Source: Candidatus Methylomirabilis sp. (GTDB lineage Bacteria; Methylomirabilota; Methylomirabilia; Methylomirabilales; 2-02-FULL-66-22). From it: DNA of 64,000 bases. Under the pieces are notes generated by a model. It worked only from the letters and a program-made list of their open reading frames with translations. It was not told the origin of the DNA and searched no databases. The stretch covers positions 2,421 to 66,420 of the forward strand of contig DATIFO010000045.1 of NCBI GenBank assembly GCA_035455275.1, written 5' to 3'. Position numbers and translations under genes: made by a program. This document shows positions 57,191 through 64,000 of this stretch, piece after piece (the first letter of the stretch is position 1; each line of letters starts with the position of its first letter).

Positions 57191-59197
57191 CTAGGAGGGG
57201 GAGTCAGAGGTCCGTAGTTCCTGGCCAGGGCGAAGCTGAGCGTCCCCGGAGAGACCGTTCCAGCGGCGCAGTTCCTCCGCCGACACCCCGTGCTCCCGCG
57301 CGATCTCCCAGAGGGTGTCGCCGCGCTTCACGACGTACTTCTTGGGGACGGGCTGGGTTCCCCGGGGCTCCTGGGAGGTCCGCGGTCTTTCGGCGGCGAC
57401 GGTCCTGGCTCCCAGAGCACCGGCGGTCTTCAGGGTTTGACCCGGTCGGATCCTCGCGTCCCGGGAGAGGCCATTCCAGCGGCGCAAGTCCTCGACGGAA
57501 ACCCCGTGGGCTTTGGCCACCGCGCTGAGGGTGTCCCCCTTCCGGATGGTGTACTGCGGAGTGGCCGGGCGACGGGCTGCGGTCTTGGCTGGCGGCGGCA
57601 AATCGTCGGCCGCGGCGCCCACCTCGATGGCCATCGCCGGGACCAGGATGGTCCCGCCGGCCTTGAGGGGCTGCCGCTTCCGCAACTGGTTCATGTCCAG
57701 GATCACCTGAAGGTCCACACCATACCGCTTGGCGATGAGGGCCGGGGTTTCGCCCTTCCGGACGCGGTGCTCTACCCAGGGAGCGCGTTGCTCGGGTGGA
57801 ATCCCAGCCAGGACCTCCTGGAATTCGTCCCGGAGACCCGCAGGGATGCGCAGTCTGTAATTCCGCACGTCTGGCGGCGTTGACCACCGCAGCAACTCCG
57901 GGTTCAGGGTCTGGATGCGCTCGACGGTCGTCCGTGCCGCGTGGGCTATGATCTTGAGCGGGGTCGGGTGAGCGAGAACCACGGTATCGGTTGTCGGCGG
58001 GTCCTCCGGGGGCGGGGAGAAGCCATAACGCTCGGGCTCCTTGGAAATGACGGTCATCGCCATGAACGCCGGGACGAAGAGCTGCGTCTCTTTGGGAAGC
58101 CGCAACTTCCAGAAATCCCGGGTCCGCTGGCGATCGATGGCCCGCTGGACGGCCCCCTCGCCCGCGTTGTAAGCGGCCAAGGCCAACGGCCAGGAATTGA
58201 ACATGCGGTAAAGGTTCCTCAGGTACTCGGCGGCGCCGCGCGTGGACTTTTCCGGGTCCCGCCGCTCGTCCACCCACCAGGAGGTCCGCATCCCGTACAC
58301 CCGCCCCGTGGAAGGAATGAACTGCCAGATTCCCGCTGCCTTGGCCCGGGAGACGGCCCGAGGATTCACCGCGCTCTCGATGAAGGCCAGATTGAGCAAG
58401 TCCTCCGGCAGTTCCTTCTCGCGGAAGATCTTCCGCATGATGGGCAGGTGGCGGCTGGCCCGCTCGAAGGCCCGGGTGATCACGTCCCACTTCCTGGTCT
58501 GGAAGTAGTTGATGAAGGTCTTCACCTGGTCGTTGAACACGATCGGGAAGTCGTACTTCAGGGTGTCGGGTTCCGGCAAAGGCGCAGTCCCGTCCCCCGG
58601 GGGGTTGGTCACGGCTTGCATGTCCTCAGGTCCGAGAAGGGCGGGGGCCTCCAGAGGCGGCTCCTCGGCCTCGGGTGCCGTCAGCACTTCGGATGTGAGG
58701 CTCTGCTGCGGGGTCGCCAGGGTTCCCAGCCAATCGGGGGCAGGGAAGGGAGGAAGTGGACGAGCGCTGACGAGGCTTCTCGGCTCTCGGATGCTGAGGT
58801 TCATGTCCAGGAGGGTCTCCAGGGCGGCATCGAATTCCCACTCGGCCCGATCGGCATCTCCCTTGCGCATGGCCAGGAGACCCTGCTGGTAGTGCGAGCC
58901 CGCCCGCTGCATTGCCAGGGTGATGGGCGACGGGTGCTGTGAGGGAGTCTGCGGGATCGCGGGGGTTGTGGCCGACGCCTGCGCGGGGGGCGATGGTCCG
59001 GAGGAAACACTCGGGCTGGCCGGGAAATCCACCCCGGGCAAATTCCGCGCTCCGAGGAAGGAATTCCCCGGGAGAGGGGTGAGGGTGCATCCAGTCAGGG
59101 AGAGAATGAGCGCGGTGGCCCCCAGGCGGGCCAGGGGTCCAGGATGTTGCCGAATGCGCATCACTATCCTCCGCCAGGTCATGCCGCGGTTCTGCAA
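57191..59197 (-). CDS. lytic transglycosylase lipoprotein with three LysM domains (MltD-like)
   Basis: Lipobox LSLTGC, SLT motif ESAVNPRAVSRAKAAGIWQF, and three C-terminal LysM repeats (Y.V/I.KGDTL..IA...GV). The start may be an internal ATG (59161). Confidence 0.85.
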   Translation of the reverse strand: MQNRGMTWRRIVMRIRQHPGPLARLGATALILSLTGCTLTPLPGNSFLGARNLPGVDFPASPSVSSGPSPPAQASATTPAIPQTPSQHPSPITLAMQRAGSHYQQGLLAMRKGDADRAEWEFDAALETLLDMNLSIREPRSLVSARPLPPFPAPDWLGTLATPQQSLTSEVLTAPEAEEPPLEAPALLGPEDMQAVTNPPGDGTAPLPEPDTLKYDFPIVFNDQVKTFINYFQTRKWDVITRAFERASRHLPIMRKIFREKELPEDLLNLAFIESAVNPRAVSRAKAAGIWQFIPSTGRVYGMRTSWWVDERRDPEKSTRGAAEYLRNLYRMFNSWPLALAAYNAGEGAVQRAIDRQRTRDFWKLRLPKETQLFVPAFMAMTVISKEPERYGFSPPPEDPPTTDTVVLAHPTPLKIIAHAARTTVERIQTLNPELLRWSTPPDVRNYRLRIPAGLRDEFQEVLAGIPPEQRAPWVEHRVRKGETPALIAKRYGVDLQVILDMNQLRKRQPLKAGGTILVPAMAIEVGAAADDLPPPAKTAARRPATPQYTIRKGDTLSAVAKAHGVSVEDLRRWNGLSRDARIRPGQTLKTAGALGARTVAAERPRTSQEPRGTQPVPKKYVVKRGDTLWEIAREHGVSAEELRRWNGLSGDAQLRPGQELRTSDSPS

Positions 59198-59271
59198 GCG
59201 CGGCGGGGGACGTTGGAATCTTTCGGGCGTCCTTGCTGGCCCCTGAGCGAGCGGCCCCAGAAATCTAGGAC

Positions 59272-59300
59272 TTTATAACGAACGGGTCGATCTTTGTCAA
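59272..59300 (-). promoter_or_regulatory. near-consensus sigma-70 promoter for the mltD-like gene
   Basis: Minus strand reads TTGACA-17 nt-TATAAA. Confidence 0.45.
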
Positions 59301-59544
59301 GATATTCCCGCAGTCTGACTGTTCCGCCGAACTTTCTCCCGGAAGGAGCAGGAGCAGTGGGCCACGCTCCCGACGGCTGGCGGCATCCGGCCTCTGGAGT
59401 TCCGTGGCGGCCGTTCGGCGTTTGCGCCAAGGGGGATGCGGCAACGCGCTTCCCGGGAATGGCCGCGATGCGCGGCGTGCATTGGGTCGAGTGCGAACGG
59501 AGGATTGGCGGTCGGACGGGGGCGGGAGGTTGGGGAGTCTCGGG

Positions 59545-59880
59545 TCAGGTGATGGACCTCCGGACCCAGGAAAGGTACGGATCGGAACCGGCCACGACGG
59601 GCAGGGCGATGATTTCGGGAACCGAGTAGGGGTGGAGCGCCTTCACCCGGCGGGAAAGGGCGGCGAGTTTCCTCCGACCGGTCTTGATGACCAGCAGGCT
59701 CTCGGCGTCCCGACACACCTTCCCCTCCCAGCGATAGATCGAGGTGAGGGAGGGTACGACGTTGACGCAGGCAGCCAGTTTGTCGTCGACCAGCGCCCGG
59801 GCGATCTTTTCCCCCACCTCCTGGCCCGGGCAGGTCACCAGGACCACGATCACGCCGGGTCGTGTGGTTCGATCGGTCAT
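59545..59880 (-). CDS. cutA: divalent-cation tolerance protein CutA
   Basis: Internal ATG (MTDRTT...). ACVNVVP.L.SIYRWEGK...YSVPEIIALP. Confidence 0.85.
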   Translation of the reverse strand: MTDRTTRPGVIVVLVTCPGQEVGEKIARALVDDKLAACVNVVPSLTSIYRWEGKVCRDAESLLVIKTGRRKLAALSRRVKALHPYSVPEIIALPVVAGSDPYLSWVRRSIT

Positions 59881-59906
59881 GCACCTCGCTCCGGGTGGGC
59901 CCAAAC

Positions 59907-61082
59907 CTATGAGCCAGGCATCTCCCCCACCTTGATTTTCAGGGTACGCTTCTCTTTCTCCCGCACGATGGACATCTCCAGAGTCTTCCCGATATCCGTC
60001 TCGGCGATCAGGCTCTGGAGTTGTCTGGGGTCCTTCAGGGGTTTCCCGTCCACGCTCAGGATCAGATCGCCGGTCTTCAGGCCAGCAACCTCGGCCGGGC
60101 TCTTGGGCATGATCTGGCTCACGAGGATGCCATCATCAACACTCACACCAAAACTCTTGGCCAACTCCGGGGTGAGCTTCTGGATGCCCACCCCCAACCA
60201 CCCTCGCGTCACCTTCCCCTTCTTGACGAGGTCTCCCATCACCTTCCTGGCCATATTGACCGGGATGGCGAATCCAATCCCCTGTCCCGATGCCACAATG
60301 GCCGTGTTGATCCCGATGACCTCTCCCCTGATATTCAGCAGCGGGCCTCCGCTATTTCCCGGGTTGATGGATGCGTCGGTCTGGATGAAGTTCTCGTACG
60401 TGGCAATGCCGACCTCGGAGCGGCCGGTGGCGCTGACGACCCCGACGGTCAGGGTGTGGTCCAGCCCAAAGGGATTGCCGATGGCGATCGCCCACTCCCC
60501 CACGTGCAGTGCGTCGGAATCCCCCAGGGCCGCAACCGGCAAATCCTCTTTGGCGGGGACCCGTATCACCGCGAGATCGGTCTTCGGATCCGTGCCGACC
60601 ACCTTGCCTTTGAGTTCATGCTTGTCCGAGAACTTCACCGTGATCTCATCCGCATCCTTGACCACGTGATTGTTCGTCAGGATCAGCCCCCCCTTTTCTA
60701 TGATGAGGCCGGACCCCAGGCTGGTCTGCTGCCGACGATGAGGCATCCCCTCGAAGAACCGGTCGAAGAAGTCACGAAAGAACGGATCGTTGCCGAAGGG
60801 ACGGAACTGTTCATGGGGCGTCTGCCCCTTCCCGGTGGTCACCGTGCTGATATTCACGACGGAGGGAGTCACGCGCTCCGCAACGCGGACGAAAGGGCTG
60901 TCCGGCAGATCTCGTGCCTCGCGGGAAGCCCCCGCGACCGTGGAGGATGGGAGGATGCGAATCCCGCTCGCGCCCTGCGTGGGCGATCTCGTGAGGGCCC
61001 CATGGACATAAATTCCCAAGCTGAAGAAAACCAGGCCGTACAATGCCAATGTCAGCGCCTTGAACCATCGCGTACTTGTCAT
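59907..61082 (-). CDS. htrA: HtrA/DegP-family serine protease with one PDZ domain
   Basis: Signal anchor, TNNHV and GNSGGPL catalytic motifs, and a PDZ segment. Confidence 0.9.
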   Translation of the reverse strand: MTSTRWFKALTLALYGLVFFSLGIYVHGALTRSPTQGASGIRILPSSTVAGASREARDLPDSPFVRVAERVTPSVVNISTVTTGKGQTPHEQFRPFGNDPFFRDFFDRFFEGMPHRRQQTSLGSGLIIEKGGLILTNNHVVKDADEITVKFSDKHELKGKVVGTDPKTDLAVIRVPAKEDLPVAALGDSDALHVGEWAIAIGNPFGLDHTLTVGVVSATGRSEVGIATYENFIQTDASINPGNSGGPLLNIRGEVIGINTAIVASGQGIGFAIPVNMARKVMGDLVKKGKVTRGWLGVGIQKLTPELAKSFGVSVDDGILVSQIMPKSPAEVAGLKTGDLILSVDGKPLKDPRQLQSLIAETDIGKTLEMSIVREKEKRTLKIKVGEMPGS

Positions 61083-61254
61083 GGGTGAGTTTCCTCCGGG
61101 ATGACGTCATCCGCATTAAAGGCCACATAGAGTCATGTGTCAATGATGAAGATGTCCTTGGAAGCACGCCCGGAAGCCCCTGCCGGCTGAACCGGCTGTA
61201 ATTCGTGCTCGCCTCGCCCATCGGGGCATGGATTGTCGTTCAACCCTTGGAGCC

Positions 61255-61283
61255 TTGACAAAGACCGGCTCAGGTTTTATATT
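61255..61283 (+). promoter_or_regulatory. near-consensus sigma-70 promoter for dnaK
   Basis: TTGACA-17 nt-TATATT, about 84 nt upstream of the GTG start. Confidence 0.5.
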
Positions 61284-61366
61284 ATGTCCGGCATGATTGG
61301 TGAAACTATCGAGAATAGAAAGGATATCAGTGTGTCCGGGATAACTCGCTAGCCAGGAGGGAAGCC

Positions 61367-63286
61367 GTGGGGAAAGTCATCGGGATCGATCTTGGGACTA
61401 CGAACTCTGTCGTGGCGGTCATGGAAGGGGGCGACCCAGTCGTCATCACCAATGCTGAGGGAGGTCGGCTGACGCCATCCGTGGTGGCCTTCACGAAGGA
61501 TGGCGAGCGGCTGGTTGGCCAGGTCGCCAGACGGCAAGCCATCACCAACCCGGAGAACACCATCTTTTCGATCAAGCGCTTCATGGGTCGGCGACACGAT
61601 GAGGTGACCCAGGAGATCAAGCTTGTGCCGTACAAGGTCGTGCGAGCCTCGAACGGGGACGCACGCGTCGAGGCCCGGGGAAAGCAGTACTCCCCCCCCG
61701 AGATCTCGGCGATGATCCTCCAGAAACTCAAGGAGTCGGCTGAGGCCTATCTGGGCGAGAAGGTGAGCCAGGCCGTGATCACGGTGCCGGCCTACTTCAA
61801 CGACAGCCAGCGTCAAGCCACCAAGGATGCCGGGAAGATTGCCGGGCTGGAGGTCTTGCGGATCGTGAACGAGCCGACTGCGGCCTCACTGGCCTACGGG
61901 CTCGACAAGAAAAAGGATGAGAAGATCGCGGTCTTCGACCTGGGCGGCGGCACCTTCGACATCTCCATTCTGGAGCTGGGGGAGGGGGTCTTCGAGGTCA
62001 AGTCGACCAACGGGGACACCCACCTGGGAGGCGACGATTTCGACGAGCGGGTCATGCGGTGGCTGGTGGACGAGTTCAGGAGGGACCAGGGAATTGACCT
62101 GAGCAAGGATCGCATGGCCCTCCAGCGCCTGAAGGAGGCGGCGGAAAAGGCCAAGTGCGAGCTGAGCACGACCCTCGAGACGGAGATCAACCTGCCCTTC
62201 ATCACGGCAGACGCCTCGGGGCCAAAGCACCTGAACATCAAGCTCACCCGGGCGAAGCTGGAGCAGTTGGTGGAAGAGCTCGTGCAGCGGACCATCGGCC
62301 CGTGCCGTCAGGCTCTCAAGGACGCCGGCCTGGGCTCGGAGCAGATCGACGAGGTGGTCCTGGTGGGCGGCCAGACCCGGATGCCCAGGGTCCAGCAACT
62401 GGTCAAGGAGTTCTTCGGGAAGGAGCCGCACAAGGGAGTGAACCCGGACGAGGTGGTCGCCATCGGGGCGGCGATCCAGGCCGGCGTGCTGGTGGGGGAT
62501 GTCAAGGACGTGGTTCTCCTGGACGTCACGCCCCTCAGCTTGGGGATCGAGACGCTGGGCGGGGTCATGACCCGTCTCATCGAGCGGAACACCACCATCC
62601 CCACGCGGAAGAGCGAGATCTTCACGACCGCCGCGGACAGTCAAACCAGCGTGGAGATCCACGTCCTCCAGGGCGAGCGGGAGATGTCCCGGGACAACCG
62701 GACCCTGGGCAAGTTCCACCTGGTGGGCATCCCGCCGGCCCCCCGCGGCATCCCGCAGATCGAGGTGACTTTCGATATCGATGCCAACGGGATCGTGAAC
62801 GTCTCGGCCAAGGACCTCGCCACCGCCAAGGAGCAGGCGATCACTATCACCGCGTCCTCCGGCCTGGCCAAGGATGAGATCGACAAGATGGTGAAGGACG
62901 CCGAGCGGCATGCGGAGGAAGACAAGAAACGTCGGGCCGATATCGAGACCCGCAACCAGGCCGACGGTCTGGTCTACAATACCGAGAAGATGCTGAACGA
63001 GAATCGGGAGAAGATCCCGGTGAGCGACATCAAGCCGATCGAAGATGCCCTGTCGGCGGCCAAGGACGCCCTGAAGAGCGAGGAGATGGACCGCATCCGC
63101 TCGGCCGTGGACACGCTCACCAAGGCCTCTCATCGCCTGGCCGAGGTGATGTACAAGCAGGCCCGCGAGAAACAGGGCCCCACACCCACCGCAGAGGACA
63201 AGGGAGCAGAGCCCAAGGGGGGGGCTGCTGGCGAGGGTGACGTCGTGGACGCCGAGTTCGAGGATCTCGGGAAGGGCAAGAAGTAG
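61367..63286 (+). CDS. dnaK: molecular chaperone DnaK
   Basis: [21 protein letters not shown], a full-length Hsp70 and an acidic C-terminus. Confidence 0.98.
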   Translation: MGKVIGIDLGTTNSVVAVMEGGDPVVITNAEGGRLTPSVVAFTKDGERLVGQVARRQAITNPENTIFSIKRFMGRRHDEVTQEIKLVPYKVVRASNGDARVEARGKQYSPPEISAMILQKLKESAEAYLGEKVSQAVITVPAYFNDSQRQATKDAGKIAGLEVLRIVNEPTAASLAYGLDKKKDEKIAVFDLGGGTFDISILELGEGVFEVKSTNGDTHLGGDDFDERVMRWLVDEFRRDQGIDLSKDRMALQRLKEAAEKAKCELSTTLETEINLPFITADASGPKHLNIKLTRAKLEQLVEELVQRTIGPCRQALKDAGLGSEQIDEVVLVGGQTRMPRVQQLVKEFFGKEPHKGVNPDEVVAIGAAIQAGVLVGDVKDVVLLDVTPLSLGIETLGGVMTRLIERNTTIPTRKSEIFTTAADSQTSVEIHVLQGEREMSRDNRTLGKFHLVGIPPAPRGIPQIEVTFDIDANGIVNVSAKDLATAKEQAITITASSGLAKDEIDKMVKDAERHAEEDKKRRADIETRNQADGLVYNTEKMLNENREKIPVSDIKPIEDALSAAKDALKSEEMDRIRSAVDTLTKASHRLAEVMYKQAREKQGPTPTAEDKGAEPKGGAAGEGDVVDAEFEDLGKGKK

Positions 63287-63357
63287 GTGGGAGAGCCGCG
63301 TGGCCGACTCGGGCGGGCTCGCGACCGGACATCCCCCCGGGGGGGAGGTGAGCGCAC

Positions 63358-63804
63358 ATGGCCGTGGTGAAGTGGGACCCGTTCCGCGACCTCATCTCGA
63401 TTCAGGATCGGATGAACAAGCTGTTCGAGCAGACCCTCTCCCGCTCGCGGGTGGAGGAAGGGATCGCGGCCACCACCTGGACGCCGGCGGTGGACATCTA
63501 CGAGACGCCGGACACGATCGTCATGAAGGCGGAACTCCCGGGCCTCGGCCGGGAGGACATCGACATCCAGATACGGGACGACACCCTTACCCTCAGAGGG
63601 GAGCGACGCTTCGCCAAGGACGTCCAGGAGGAGAATTACTTGCGGATCGAGCGGGCCTACGGAAGCTTCCAGCGCAGCTTCACCTTGCCCACGACCGTCC
63701 AGCAAGAGAAGATCCGGGCCGTCTTCAAGGATGGGGTGTTGGAGCTGACCCTGCCGAAGGCGGAGGGGGTCAAGCCGAAGAAGATCGCCATCGAGGTGCG
63801 TTGA
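63358..63804 (+). CDS. Hsp20/alpha-crystallin small heat-shock protein
   Basis: WDPFRDL..., AELPG and GVLELTLPK motifs. 148 aa. Confidence 0.92.
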   Translation: MAVVKWDPFRDLISIQDRMNKLFEQTLSRSRVEEGIAATTWTPAVDIYETPDTIVMKAELPGLGREDIDIQIRDDTLTLRGERRFAKDVQEENYLRIERAYGSFQRSFTLPTTVQQEKIRAVFKDGVLELTLPKAEGVKPKKIAIEVR

Positions 63805-63886
63805 CCCTGCGACGGCAGGTCGGCGGAACGCCGCGCAGCCCGTCCGCCGACCGTCCAGGAGAGGCTGCCACACAAGGGGACGCCGG

Positions 63887-64000
63887 ATGGGAGTGCAACC
63901 GTGGCCGGGGCCAGGCTGGTATCCGCTGAGCGACCTCGCAGTCATCAAGCAGGAGATGGGCCGGCTCTTCGAGAGCTTTCTGGGCTTGAGTCCCGGCTAC
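63887..64000 (+). CDS. second Hsp20-like protein, N-terminal fragment (runs off the right edge)
   Basis: ATG after AAGGGGA. MGVQPWPGPGWYPLSDLAVIKQEMGRLFESFLG parallels the N-terminus of the preceding sHSP. Confidence 0.5.
   Translation, partial: MGVQPWPGPGWYPLSDLAVIKQEMGRLFESFLGLSPGY

Noticed and set aside
59294-59629. A 111-aa + strand ORF, with GGAAGGAG upstream of an internal GTG, lies in the mltD-cutA spacer.
   Set aside because: The composition is junk-like (Gly/Arg/Trp-rich). Its 3' third is antisense to cutA, and I recognise no motif.
61083-61366. A CIRCE (TTAGCACTC-N9-GAGTGCTAA) or sigma-32 promoter was expected upstream of dnaK.
   Set aside because: Neither motif is present. Only a sigma-70-like TTGACA-17-TATATT is visible.

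Overview
High-GC window (sample 60-nt lines hand-counted at about 65-78% GC) from a bacterial chromosome. The lineage cannot be named from sequence alone; many TctABC and DUF3303-type genes and the repeat style suggest an uncultivated high-GC phylum. About 60 protein genes are supported. Most are housekeeping: glnD-nudix-moeB-amtB, an amino-acid ABC transporter plus racemase, pfkA, tctCBA, a Fe(III)-type ABC transporter, trpS, guaB, guaA, dnaE, accA, glpX, hisS, aspS, xerD, dtd, htrA, dnaK and hsp20. I found no rRNA, no complete tRNA and no CRISPR array.

Four things are not explained by ordinary annotation:
1. Many intergenic spacers carry hairpins built from tandem roughly 7-nt words, with one arm the complement of the other. 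There are at least five word types. One pair of arms encloses a four-helix-bundle (23S rRNA IVS / Avd-family) ORF exactly between guaB and guaA. Other copies are ORF-less, and some are nested inside one another.
2. A second class of C-tract/G-tract palindromes carries G-quadruplex-type runs.
3. A lower-GC segment (about 14.6-19.2 kb) holds a multidomain secreted GH17 protein. It is flanked by two stretches of about 1 kb with no convincing ORF. It also contains a tiny, fully equipped secreted-peptide gene and a tRNA-like 3' fragment.
4. A near-consensus sigma-54 promoter sits in front of a 65-aa Cys/His-rich ORF. About 4.4 kb away is a pfp-receiver-sigma54 activator operon with no kinase.

Smaller oddities are a MoaD-like protein ending GG-ATC, a degenerate nucleotidyltransferase fused to a CDP-alcohol phosphatidyltransferase, and a DHH-CBS-CCA enzyme fusion. 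All calls rest on reading the sequence and remembered family motifs; no searches were run.
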